A stretch of DNA of 64,000 nt from Octopus sinensis (GCF_006345805.1 NC_043007.1:27032001-27096000), one strand, 5' to 3'; positions 14,406 through 28,893 are shown, counted from the first letter of the stretch. Numbers and translations are program-made. The notes: generated from the sequence alone by a model not told the origin.

Positions 14406-15025
14406 TATATATATATATATATATATACAAAGTATATATATATATATATGTGTCTGCGCGTGTGTCTGTATGTATGTATATTTATATACACATACATGCA
14501 TGTACGTGGGCGCAGTCGCGCACGTGTATAAAAAAGGGAAAGAGAATATGGGAAAAGAAGGGAAGTGTGGTCCGTTAAATTAAACGTATGCTTAAAGATA
14601 GTTTATTCGTGACCATGTGGCCTTCTTATATACCCACAATATTTGAAGGAATTTGGCTGCTATTTCTTGCAGGCCGACATATTACGTAAATATGCTATGT
14701 AGTAATCAGTTTGAACATGTTGTATTTCGTTTTATCTCACACACCTGGTTATTATATAGTTGTTGACTGTTTAATATTCATCGCTTCTGCGATAAGAATT
14801 TGAACTGATTTCAAATTACGCCTAGGTCGTTTTTGCCTTACACCCGATCGGTGAGGATAAAATAAGTACCAGTTGAACACTGGTGTTGATGTATTCGACT
14901 TAAACCTTCACGGGGAATTGCTCGTCTTGTGCTACAGTTTCAAACTTAAAAAGATGCATTGATAATTGATAGGGTGTAGGTAGATAGATAGTAGGTAGAT
15001 GGATGGCTAAACAGATTGATGGAAA

Positions 15026-15085
<60 letters not shown>

Positions 15086-15099
15086 ATATATATATAGAT

Positions 15100-15285
15100 A
15101 TATATAGATAATAGATAGATAGATAGATAGATAGATGATAGATAGATAGATAGATTGATAGATAGACAGATAGAGAGAGAGATAGACATACATACAGATA
15201 GACAGACAGACAGATAAATTGAGAGAGAGAGAGCAGGATAGAGACAGATAGGCAGACAGACAATAAATAGATAGATAAATGATAA

Positions 15286-15329
<44 letters not shown>

Positions 15330-15374
15330 CGAATAAATAGATAGATAGATAGATAGATAGATAGAAAGATAGAT

Positions 15375-15405
<31 letters not shown>

Positions 15406-15431
15406 CGAATAAATAGATAGATAGATAGATT

Positions 15432-15500
<69 letters not shown>
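15100..15500. repeat. (TAGA)n microsatellite
   Basis: Long GATA/TAGA array. Confidence 0.95.
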
Positions 15501-15854
15501 GCGAATAGGAAGAGATACAGTGTGTGAGAGAGAAAGAAAGAGAGCACCTGTTAGAGTTGCGATGTATTTAAGCCTTTGCCTTGTGAAAGAAGTATGTCAG
15601 AGATGGAGAGATTGCAGGTGAGTGTGCGTGTGTTTGCGTGGATAGTGGTAACGTTTGTGCGTGCTTATGGCATTCATGTATGTTTGTGTAGTGACAATAC
15701 ATTCGGTTTGTTTTGTACGAGAGGAGGAAGAATGAGAATTCGAGGAAGAGAAAATGTAATTTTTGTTTCAACGGTTACACGTTATTATTTCATTAAAGAA
15801 AAAGTGACTACTATTGTACTATTGCGGGGGCGGACGACGAGTGGACAGAGGCAA

Positions 15855-15931
<77 letters not shown>

Positions 15932-15978
15932 TGGGGGAGAAAGAAAGTGAGAGAGAGAGAGAAAGAGAGAGAGCAGAG

Positions 15979-16544
<566 letters not shown>

Positions 16545-16552
16545 TATTATAA

Positions 16553-16595
<43 letters not shown>

Positions 16596-16870
16596 GCATG
16601 CATACACACATTTTATATGTGTGTGTCTCTGTGTCTGTGCCCATATACTGTAACGGTAGCACACTTGCTGCAAAAACATAGAGGTTTTGGTTCGGGTCCA
16701 ACACGTACGGATAACCATACTATCTTCCATCGAGGGCTTATAAGCCCCAATATTAGACTATTTACCTTACCCACTGCATGGCTTAAGCTTACGGAATGAT
16801 ATTACTATTGTTTACGGATTTCTAAATTCGACACCGCCTACCTAAAATCATCACATATGTATACATATAA

Positions 16871-17011
16871 GCGCAGGCGAGGCACTGGCTTCAGTCTCAT
16901 TACGTGGCACCTTGGGCAAGTAAGTTCTACGACAGTAACAGGTCGACCAAAATCTTGTGAGTGGATTTGGTACACGGAAACTGCAAGAAGCCTGTCGCAT
17001 ATATATATTTA

Positions 17012-17043
<32 letters not shown>

Positions 17044-17168
17044 TGTGTGTGTGTGTGTGTGTGCGTGCGTGTGTGTGAATAAGTCCTGGGTTCGATTTGT
17101 TCGACTAAAAAGCGGTGCTCCAGCATGGCCGCAGTCAAATGACTGAAACAAGTGAAAGAATAAAAGGA
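16871..17168 (+). mobile_element. SINE family A, head + (TG)n + deleted tail
   Basis: CGTGGCACCTTGGGCAAG...GAGTGGATTTGGTACACGGAAACTG, then GAATAAGTCCTGGG...GGTGCTCCAGCATGGCCGCAGTCAAATGACTGAAAC. Confidence 0.8.
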
Positions 17169-17810
17169 TAAACGAATACAAACATATATATGTGTGTGTG
17201 TGCGTGTGTGTGCCTGTGTGTGTGTGCCTGTGTGTATGTGTGCGCATTTATGTGTGTGTGCGTGCATATATATGTGTGTGTATGCGTGTGTGTATACGTG
17301 TCTGTACTTTGTGTGTGTGCGTCCGTAAAATGAAAAAGAGAAAGACCGTGTTTAAGATTGACAGATAGACAGACAGACAGACAGACAGACAAATAGATAA
17401 ATAGATAGATAGATAGATAGATAGATAGATTTTTTTCTAACGACTGGGTATTGTTCCAGCAGAATTTAAATATATTAAGTATAAGCATGCGTGTGCGCGT
17501 GTATGTATGAGCGTGAACTTTATATACATTCACAGATACGTGAATATGTATGTTTGTATGTGTGATTGTAAGTATCTATGTATGTTTGTGTGTACTTATG
17601 TAAACGCATGCTTTGTCACTTCGCTCGGGTGAGGTATTATTCATAACATGTAACCCAGAACAACTGACTGCATATTCAGGGTGTCGATGGCCACAACCGC
17701 ACCCCCATCGTTTTTTTTTTTTTGCCAGGTGCTTTGGAACTCGGAACCCACAATGATGAGATAATAGGTAAGAGTTCCCATTACACACACACACACACAC
17801 ACACGCACAA

Positions 17811-17947
17811 GACGGTTTTCTTTCAGTCTCCGTCTACTAAATCCATTCACAAGGCTTTGGTCGGCCCGAATCTATAATAGTCGATACATGCCCAAGGTGC
17901 CACGTAGTGGGACTGAACTCTGATCCATGTGGTTGGTAAGCACGCTA
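17811..17947 (-). mobile_element. SINE family A head
   Basis: TGCCCAAGGTGCCACGTAGTGGGACTGAAC; further heads at about 20606-20760 (-), 31890-31960 (+), 39035-39190 (-). Confidence 0.8.
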
Positions 17948-18435
17948 CATGCATAAAAGCCGTCAGCTGAAGTACGATCTCCTGTCAAAGCGAAATTTCT
18001 AAACATACTTTACTCTAGTGTCAGTATTGAGTCCTATCATCAGTAAATATTCTGCTGTCATTCTTGAACTTGATTCGAAATAATAACCGTAATTTAATCT
18101 TTGTATTTGTGTTTGATTTTCTTTGTGTATTTATGCTCAAGTGTATATTTATATAAATATATGTGTTTATCTATTTATTTATCTAGATCTGGTGTTGACA
18201 TAGGCATTTGTGTAGGCATGTGTATATCTTTACACTCACACGCGCACGCGCACATACACACACACGCGCGCACACACACGCACTTAGAGACACAGTCATT
18301 TGTGAAAGAGTGAGACAAAGAGAGTGAGCGAGCAAGGGGGAAAGAAACAGACAGAGAGATGGAAAAGAAAATTTCCGTGTATTTACATATGAGAATCGTT
18401 TGTATGATGGCCAGCCAGACAAACTGCCATCCAGC

Positions 18436-18482
<47 letters not shown>

Positions 18483-18785
18483 ATAGATAGATATATAGAT
18501 ACATACATACATACATACATACATACATACATACATACATACATACATAAATTGATTGATAGACTGATAGTTTGACAGCTGATCAAAGTATCGATCAATC
18601 GACAGATAGATACTTATATAGATGGATGGTTGAATGGATGGATAGATAAATAAACGGATTGATGGATATATATATATATATATATAAATACACACACATA
18701 TACATATATATATAGGGAGAGAGAGAGAGAGATAGTTAGATAAATAGGGAGATGGATGGAAGGAGGGATAGATAGATAGATTGAT

Positions 18786-18830
<45 letters not shown>

Positions 18831-19109
18831 AATATATATATTATATATATGCATATATACATATACACACAGAGAGTTAGATAAATAGACAGATGAATAG
18901 ATGGATAGATGGATAGATGGAAAAATTAGGGTTAGATAGATAGATAGATAGATAGATAGGTACATCCATCCATACATACATGCATACACACATAAATCCG
19001 TCCATCCGTCCATCCATCCATACATACATACCTACATACATATATACAGAGACAGATAGACACATAGGTAGTCAACTAATGAAATAGAAAGGAAGAAAGG
19101 GCGACAAAC

Positions 19110-19149
<40 letters not shown>

Positions 19150-19269
19150 CAGACAGAGAGAGACAGAGAGAGGAGAGAATGCGTGCGTTTATTAGCATGT
19201 GCAACTGGCTTATTATGTGATTAAACGTGTTAGACGAAGAATACGTGACTTGAAGCTTGCGTCGTCAAT

Positions 19270-19318
<49 letters not shown>

Positions 19319-19633
19319 TGTGTGTGCGTGCGTGTGTGTGTGTCTGTGTGCATCATGTATGCGTGATTATGTGTGTATCTGTATGTAGCTACTGTGAAGA
19401 AATCCAAAGAAAGGAAATACCAAAATAGGATTATAGCATTTAAGTCTAAGAATCGATAAGAAAACCAAATCTACATACACCCAGTTTTATATACCTAGTG
19501 ATGTGGGTGTAGAATAAGTCTATTATACGCAGCTATACACTATCGATTATACACACAACCAGATCACATACACATATACACACACCTACATGTGTATGCA
19601 CACTTATACATACAGACATACATGCAAACATAT

Positions 19634-19666
<33 letters not shown>

Positions 19667-19912
19667 GGGATGGATATATGCATACTTAGTTTTATGTTTA
19701 GATATCATATGATATCATATGAACGTAACTTAGATGAACAGCCACTCATACGCACGTATATATATATACATACCCACACATATACATTTATACATTGATA
19801 TATATATATGTATGTATGTGTGTGTATGTATATATACAGGTGTGTCTGTATATAAATGATATACCGACATATAAACACACACGCTCATATATATAGATAT
19901 ATGTATGAATTT

Positions 19913-19954
<42 letters not shown>

Positions 19955-20142
19955 TTTTGTAAATGTGAGGGTTATGAATTCGTATAAATTATTACCATTG
20001 TTAGCATACATAAATATAAGTCTTAAGACAACATAAGTTTAAAAAATATGTGTATAGAATATTTTTGCGTTTTAACTGTCCTTTCTAGCATGTAAGGTGT
20101 CCTGTCAAAGGTCTCGCTGAGAATAAAAGTATTTTATACACT

Positions 20143-20187
<45 letters not shown>

Positions 20188-21289
20188 GAGACGTTGTTGT
20201 TATATATACATATACACAAAATAATGGACACACATGCACGTATACATCCACACACACACATGCGTACAGAGAAACTCTTTGAAATGTGAACGTAAACACC
20301 AATCAGCTATGGAGTAAAGATCACTTGCCAACATAAGATGGCAGTCCTTCGAAAATATAAGGACATATTGTGTCATATAGGCAGCTGAAGACTATGTCTC
20401 CTGGGGCTAAATTACAGCAACATTCGTCGTAAACCAGGACTGCCATGTTATGTTAGAATAATGAAATTATTGTATACAGTGCTCAGGTGCACCACAACTT
20501 GTCAGAAAAGCTTTCTACAACCTGATGCCCTTCCTGACGGCAACCCCCACCTGTTGCCAAGCGAGGTAGTTTTTGCCTCTCTCTCTTTCGGAGCTATACA
20601 CACACGGCAGTAACTTCCGCCTACCGAATTCAATCACAAAGCTTCGGTCGGCTCGGGGCTATAGTGGAAGATACCTACCCAAAGTGCCACGCAGTGGGAC
20701 TGAACCCGAAACCATGTAGCTAGGAAGCAAGCTCCCTAACCACACAGCCATGCCCGCGCCTACATGTTGGCAATCTTTAATCCAAAGTACTGTTGCTGAA
20801 TATCTCTAGTTGCGAGATTTACAAATTATAATTTTCTAACCGATACTAATTTCGATGTTTCCACTACAACTTCTTATCGTAAACCTATGACCTTGGAACT
20901 GCATTCAATTTGTACATGTGTTCTGAACACCGGATGCATATATATTGTCTCATCTTCCTACAAAGCACCAATGGTTTTTGCTCCTGCTATGTGTTTATTA
21001 TACAGACAACTGTTGGTTAATTGTGAACGTGCATCGGGCCGTATATATGTAGGCAGGACAACATTTGTTTTTTTTTTATTTTCGGAAGCCTGGTAAGTGT
21101 AAATAAATGGTAATATCAAGGCCATCGAAATTTGGTTGGCTTTTTTTCTTCTTAATGGTTGATTGACAATATGAAAGAAACTGTAAATTTACCGCCTCTG
21201 CTATCTTGGACTTTTTCTAAAGGCAAATGCCTAGCCCTTTTCCCTCCGACATACCCATACACCTTCAAACACTTCCACTAATCTCTAGT

Positions 21290-21680
21290 CCCAGGTTAGA
21301 GCTTTTACCTCGACCCCTTGAAGAATTAAAATCGAGGTCGATGTCGGTGGGATTTGAACGCTAACATTCGAAACAAATACCTGACAGCATGCTAACGACT
21401 GCAGTCTTACATCTTCGCAGCCTTGCATCTTTCCTAATGGTTTTCAAATTTTGGCACAAAAACCAGTAACTTCTCTCGCTCACTTTTCTTTTCGAGAAAG
21501 AACTTAGTTGTTTACACCAGCCTCAACACTCTGGTAGTTATTGTTTTATCGACTCCAAATGAACGAAAGTCAAAGTAGACCTCGGTAGGAGTGAACTCAG
21601 AAAGTAAACAGCTATAAAAAATACCGCTAAACATTTTGTCCGATGTGCTGACGATTCCGCCATCTTGCTACCTTTTGCAT
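21290..21680 (-). mobile_element. Two diverged SINE family B copies
   Basis: CTCGACCCC...GAGGTCGATGTCGGTGGGATTTGAAC and GACTCCAAATGAACGAAAGTCAAAGTAGACCTCGGTAGGAGTGAACTCAG. Confidence 0.65.
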
Positions 21681-21980
21681 AATCGTTAATGAGAAGAAAT
21701 AAAATAACTCTCAATTCTCACAGCACTTATATAATACTCAATAAACAAGGGTACATACACAGGGATTATTGTTCCTGGAGTGCATTTCGTTCAAATATAT
21801 TAAAAAGGACGCTAATATTCTTTATGTTGTGAGGCTCTTAATGATGACTATAAATTATTATTTTAATGATTAAATTCCAGTGCAAAATCCTTAAGGGTAC
21901 AACCCATGGATTTCTATGCAAATTAACCATTAGACTCATTCCTTGCAGTATTGTCTTTATGTTCATTATTATTATTTTAT

Positions 21981-22580
21981 AAGGCGGCGAGCTGGCAGAA
22001 ACGTTAGCACGCCGGGCGAAATGCTTTGTGGTATTTCGTCCGCCGCTGCGTTCTGAGTTCAAATTCCGCCGAGGTCTTCTTTGCCTTTCATCCTTTCGGG
22101 GTCGATAAATTAAGTACCAGTTATGCATTGGGGTCGATATAATAGACTTAACCCGTTTGTCTATCCTTGTTTGTCCTCTCTGTGTTTAGCCCCTTGTGGA
22201 TAGTAAAGAAATAGGTATTTCGTCTGTCTACGTTCTGAGTTCAAATTCCGTCGAACGAGGTCGATTTGCCTTTTATCCTTTCGGGGTCGATAAATTAAGT
22301 ACCAGTTATGCACTGGGGTCGATATAATCGACTTAATTCGTTTGTCTGTCCTTGTTTGTCCTCTCTGTGTTTAGCCCCTTGTGGGTAGTAAAGAAATAAG
22401 AATTATTAACACGCCGAGCAAAATGCTAAGCGTTCTGAGTTCAAATTCCACCGAGGTCGACTTTGCTTTTCATTCTTTCGGGGTCGATAAATTAAGTACC
22501 AGTTGCGTACTGGAGTCAATCTAATCTAATCCAATCCACTGGCTCCTCCCCAAAATTTCAGGCCTTGAGTAGAAAGGATT
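21981..22580 (+). mobile_element. SINE family B tandem trimer
   Basis: AAGGCGGCGAGCTGGCAGAAACG head, then three units of GTTCTGAGTTCAAATTCC...GCCTTTCATCCTTTCGGGGTCGATAAATTAAGTACCAG. Confidence 0.9.
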
Positions 22581-22679
22581 ATTATTATTTTATATTCCAT
22601 CCACCATTACCTTCTCTTTGTTGCATAAAATGGTTTTAGTTATCCTTACCTTGGATGAGATTTTGGAAAGAGTAAAGCT

Positions 22680-23530
22680 AGGGTCTAATCGGGCAGCTTT
22701 AATCTGTTGGTTGTTTAATGAGACAATTTAGGGTCTGGTGGATGCGTAACGGGACACTTTATATTTGTGGAAGTGTATCGAGGCAACTAAGACCTGGAGG
22801 ACGTGTAATGGAGTTTGATCTGGAACAGGTCTAATGAGGAAACTTTGAACTCATGGATATTAAATAAGGTACATTGGATATGATATGAAACAGTATTTGA
22901 TCTGATAGATCATGATAAATCTGTGATCTCCATGATGTGCAACGGAAGTTGATTAAGAAGATATATAATGAGGCAGCTTTAATCCAGTGGATTATTGATC
23001 TAGGTTTGATCTGTTGGATGTGTAATGTGTCAGGCTTAATTTGATGGTCGTGTAATGAGTCGGGTTATATCTGGGGTGTATGGAGTGAGGCAGTTTTTGA
23101 CCGGTCGATGCTTAATGAAACAGTTTTTGATTGGTTGATGGGTATTTGAATAGTATATGACCTTTTCGGTGAATAATGATAAATTAAGAGAAAATATGAT
23201 TTGATATACGTGTGTGTGTGTGTTTCTGGTGTAATTAGACCTTCTTGGTCATAGCTACATTATTGTACAGATACATCTTACAATAATGTAGCTATGACCA
23301 GGTGGATACGAGGACAATATATAATCTATGGGGCATGAGGTAGTATTTGGTCTGGTGGATGTACAATGAAATAGTATCTGAATTAGTATGGGTGTGTGTG
23401 TTTGTGTGTTTAGGAACGTGAGTGAGTGTAATGAGACCGCTTTGATGTGGTGCTTGTGTAATGAGATTGTTTTCACCTGGTAGATGAGAGATTTATGCTG
23501 TAATCTAACGAGACAGTTTCATCCATTGAA
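22680..23530. repeat. Degenerate ~30-bp minisatellite
   Basis: Recurring unit resembling TGTAATGAGACAGTTTTGATCTGGTGGA at 26-31 bp spacing. Confidence 0.6.
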
Positions 23531-24179
23531 TCAGGGATCATAGAGTTATGACACAGTCGACTGAAATAGTGGTGGATGGGTCAAAGTTAGTAGACAGCTG
23601 CGCTAATTGTAGCAATTATTTATCTGAGAGGCCGGGTAATTAAATCCATAGGTTGAAAGGGGAACCCGAATCAAGAGGTCAGCGGTTAATATCATTAAGC
23701 TCTATTCCACATACGATCGTTCAGCTAGTAATAGCAGACGAATATGCATGCAAAGAATTAATGGTCACGGTTGCAATGCATTTGTCTGTGTGTACAGCTG
23801 AGACTCAACTGGTCACTAAACTATGAGAACAAGAATAACAACTTTGTTATTCTTGTTTAGCGTTTACCTAGCTTTAATATGTTCCAGACTTGATCGAACC
23901 ATTTTACGTGTGTAAAATATGCACGGCAGACATTTTCGTAGTGACATCATTTGATTGAAACATTGTTCCTATTTCGACAAGCAACTCTTTACAGTGTAGA
24001 GTCTATGTATTTACTATGTACGTAAGTATATTGTGTATATATGTATACCTGCATATAGGCATGCCACAGCTGTGCATGGATTTATGTAGATTTTGCATGT
24101 GAGTTTGTGTTGTATATTTATGGATACATATTAAATGGATGATCTTCACTAAGTATAGATAAATACATATGCCTTTGAA

Positions 24180-24265
<86 letters not shown>

Positions 24266-24419
24266 ACGTTGTCTCTATATATACATGCATGCATGCATAG
24301 ATATATTAATTCATAAATATACAGACATTACGTATACACACAACATACATCCGTCCATCAATCCATGCGTCCATTCGTCCATCCTTCCGTCCGTGTGTCT
24401 GTGTGTCTGTGTGTCTGTG

Positions 24420-24464
<45 letters not shown>

Positions 24465-25217
24465 GTCTATATATATATATATATATGTGTGTATCTATCT
24501 ATACATATATGCGCACACGCGTCTCGGTGTTTAGGTAATTTGGTGTACGTGAAGTCTGACAGGAAATTCATGTATATATATATATATATATATATACACA
24601 TACATACATACATACATACATACATACATACATACATACATACATACATACATACATGTATGTATGTATTTATCTATGTGTGTGTGTTTCAAGTGACACA
24701 CTTATACATATATTTGTTCGTGTATAAGTTAATTACCAATGACCACATTATCAGTTACATATAATCCGTTTGATAAACCTCGTATGCGCTGTTTCTTACA
24801 AATAATCACCGTATCTATTTACTCTCGACTAATAGATATGGCAATAATTGATATTACATACCTTATAGAGTCTATATGATATCTATTAGTGTTACACTGT
24901 TAGGAGAAACATCAAAAATTGAGTGACCTTTCGCTCTCAACGGAAATTGCATAATTAATATGTGTAGTATTATTACAGCTGGAAAAAATGTTATTTATTT
25001 CACTTATTTAATAGTTTTATTCTTCAAATTCTTTCACTTTATCCGAGACTTGTAAGAATGTAAAAGCGGTATTATTATAGATATAAACTGTCTGTCTGTC
25101 TGTCTTTCTGTCTGTCTGTCTGTCTGCCTATCTATCTATCTATCTATCCATCTATCTATCAATGTAACGCTGTCTCTATATATACATATATACATGCATG
25201 CACAGATATACATACAT

Positions 25218-25267
<50 letters not shown>

Positions 25268-25341
25268 TAGAATGACCCAATGTACATATATGTTTATACA
25301 TATATATATGTATATATATATATATATATATAAATATATAC

Positions 25342-25406
<65 letters not shown>

Positions 25407-25410
<4 letters not shown>

Positions 25411-26340
25411 GTCATCCTATAAATAATGCGGTTTTTTTTATACTTCTTATAATTTTCAAAATTAAGATAAACAAATTCTTTTTAATCTAAAATGTATTCT
25501 CCTTCATTTTCTACAATGCGTTTCCATCTATCTGGTAGACGTCCAAGGCTCTGCTTCCAAAATTCACTTGTCCGTGGCGAAAACTACTCCTCCAGTACTG
25601 TCCAGACCTCATCTGCAGAATTCCTATTTTTCCGTCAAAATGATTTTGAAGACCGCGAAATAAATGATAACAAGATGAGGCAATGTCTAACGAATATGGT
25701 TTCCCATTCAAACTGCTCCAACCTTTGTAATGTTATCCTCGCCGTATGTAGCCGAGAAAGGTATTAAGTCTATTAGATCGACCCCAGCACGTAACTGGTA
25801 CTTAATTTATCGACCCCGAAAGGATGAAAGGCAAAGTCGACCTCGGCGGAATTTGAACTCAGAACAGAACGGCAGACAAAATACCGCATTTCGCCCTGCA
25901 CGCCAACGATTCTGCCAAATCGCCGAGCATTATTCTGTAGGAAGAACACCTTTCGTCTTTAAACCAAAGATGGTCATTTTTCTTGTAGCACAGGTGTCGA
26001 GGAATGGTTGAATGACCAAATGCAGGTTTCGATGATAGTTCCTCAACAGTTACGATGGGATTTTATTCCACCAGGGTTTGCAGGACGTCCTCATTAAGCT
26101 CTAAAGATTTTCCAGGACGAGGTTCCTCTTCTCGGCTGTAATTTTCGGCTCGGAATTGCTGGAGCCACCGTTGACACTGGCTACGCTTTTTGTCCGATCC
26201 CCAAATACTGCATTAATATTCTTCGCACTTTCCGTTGCGTTGTTGCCTTTAATGAACTCATAAAACAAAATATGCCGAATATGCTCCTTTGTCACTTCCA
26301 TTATAGCTTTGAAAAAATAACTGTTAAAATTGAACTGCAC
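25407..26340 (-). mobile_element. Mariner transposon remnant with internally deleted transposase, interrupted by a SINE
   Basis: N-terminus MEVTKEHIRHILFYEFIKGNNATESAKNINAVFGD; C-terminus PYSLDIASSCYHLFRGLQNHFDGK...[18 protein letters not shown] (YSPDLAP-type motif); TIR-like TTGGGTCATCCTATAAATAATGCG after TA at 25407. Confidence 0.9.
25765..25925 (-). mobile_element. SINE family B nested in the mariner
   Basis: ACTGGTACTTAATTTATCGACCCCGAAAGGATGAAAGGCAAAGTCGACCTCGGCGGAATTTGAACTCAG; another copy at about 26345-26490 replaces the mariner 5' end. Confidence 0.9.
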
Positions 26341-27581
26341 TCTTCAAAACTGGTACTAAAATTATTGACCCCGAAAGGCTGAAAGGCAAAGCCGATCTCG
26401 GCGGATTTTTAACTCAGAACGGAGCGACGGGCCAAATAGAGCAAAGCATTTCGTCCAGCGTTCTAACGATTCTTCCAGCTCGTCGCCTTAAATACTGTAA
26501 TAATAATGGTGGATTCTTCCGTCGAAGACGACCTATGAGCGTTCAGCCTTTGCCGTGTCTCTACGCATGTATAAGTATATGTGTATGTATATACGCTTAT
26601 ACGTATGTCAGTGACAATCGATTTTCTAAAAAAGTGACGTGGCTTCTTTGTTTAAATCAAGACTTTTCCGAAGAAATTTGTAGTGTTTGTCTGATTTATG
26701 GTGTGCATGGATATAAATGCACATGGTGTCTTGTTTATAGTGGTGCTATGTGTGTGTAAGAATTTACAGAGCGAGTACATGCGTGATTATTTATTATGTA
26801 ATTTGTATATAACATATGCACATGTGATTGCAAACTTAAGTGAAGATGTTTTGAATATTTTAGAAATCTTCAGTGTACCGCTAATTGATTGGATTTGGAA
26901 GATGTGAGCCATTTTGCATTGTTCTGTCTTGGAAAACTCCAGCAAGTCTAGGCTTTTATGCAGGTCTCTTGTTCTCTATCTGAGTGCACCGATGATAATA
27001 GGCACAAATGTTAATTTTAACAGATACAAGGATAAAAGAGCCGTATGTTCATCATTACTTCATCATAGAGTTTTATTTTCCTACAGCTATAAAGGAAACA
27101 TTCGCATTTGTCGTGTTGTTAATCTTTACAAAAATGTATGATTTTAACTCGCAGAATACTTCTGAAGCAGGCCTGTTCGGTTTGCACCGAATAGTTGTTT
27201 TTATTAGAATATACTTCCATCTCAAAAATGTGATTTCTTAGTATAACCATCTACTGCTATTCAGCGGCTTAAAACTATCATCGTGGCCAAGTAAAGAATT
27301 CTCTGGGAGGAGATACTTTATATGTTTCCGCCTACTGAAGAAACACAAATATCAGGAGTAGGCTGATGAAATTCTCAAAGGATTGCAATGGACCAAACCC
27401 ATTGTTAAAATCGTTTGCTGCGACTTTCCAGTCGTGAACAGTGCGCAGTTTCCTGCAAAATATTGGTATGGAACGGACACAACTGAAGAAAACCACCCAG
27501 AAGAACCATGGAATACGAAACAGTTTCAAGGTTGCTATGGTTCACTAGATACTACAGCACCTTGCTGAAACGAACACCACC

Positions 27582-27627
<46 letters not shown>

Positions 27628-28219
27628 TCACCACTACCACCACCACCACCATCGCTACAACAACAACAGCAATCCTTGTCCGGTACGGATTTATTCCAAA
27701 ATTTGATCAGTTTGTACTAGTCCCGAGGCCAAACATCTCTGAGAGTTTCATTAGAATCCATCCAGCGGTTCTTCAAATATCTTGTCCATGGACAAACAAA
27801 CAAATACAACTGAAAAAGAATACCCCCTCCTTCGCTAAGGTGTAGGTGATAATACTATGTTCCTTGGACCGAATGAAAAACGGTAATCACGGCGTGTGAT
27901 AATAATGGTAGCAAAACTTGCTGACAGTTAAACACACGCTGGGAGAATTAAAATAGTGTTGTAACAACTAAATCGAAGTAACAGCATCATAACACGATAC
28001 GACTAATATCATTTTGGAATATGATTACTGCAAATAACTATCGTCTCTCGAAGATTTTATTGTAGCGTTCTCATACGGCCGACGTTTATTAACATGGATA
28101 GAGCAACGTCGCCAAGGGCCACCTCGAAAATCACCATTCAAAATGCTTTTGACTGTACTATTAACCTTACTGGTGTCAATAGTCAACCGCATCACAATTA
28201 TCTCCTTTACGAAAGCTAT

Positions 28220-28710
28220 CATCACCATCACCATCATCATGATCATCATGATCATCATCGTCATTATCGTCATCATCATCATCGCACCTGCATTAATGCC
28301 ACAATCACAACCATCATCAACAGCACCACTAACAACAGCACCACCCTCCACCACCACCACCACCACCACCACCACCACCACTACCAACACCACTGCCACC
28401 ATTACTACCACGACCACAGTCACCACATCTATCACCTCAACCACCACCACTACCACAACCACCGCAACCGCCAACACCACCACCACTACCATCACTGCCA
28501 CCAGCAGAACGACTGCCACCATCACCACAACCACCACCAGAACCATCATCACCACAATGACCGCCACCATCAGTAAAACGACGACGACGACGATCATCAA
28601 CACGATCACCACGACAGCAACCACCACTACCACCAAAACAACCACTACCACCACCATCACCACCACCACCACCACCACAAACAAGAACAACAACAACATC
28701 AACAGCAATA
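28220..28710. repeat. (ATC)n then (ACC)n degenerate trinucleotide tract
   Basis: Source of the poly-His, poly-Thr and poly-Val ORFs. Confidence 0.9.
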
Positions 28711-28884
28711 ACAACAATACCAAACATACAAGTCCTCCCCCGCCGCCTCTGACACTTTCTCTCTCAACCCCCACGCTCTCATCCACAGGCAAACATTTCG
28801 CAAACCGAAACTTCCAACTCATATTGAACGATCCTTTCTTTGTAATGCTAAATTTCTTTCCACATAAAAAGAAAATAAAAGCTT

Positions 28885-28893
28885 ATACAAACA

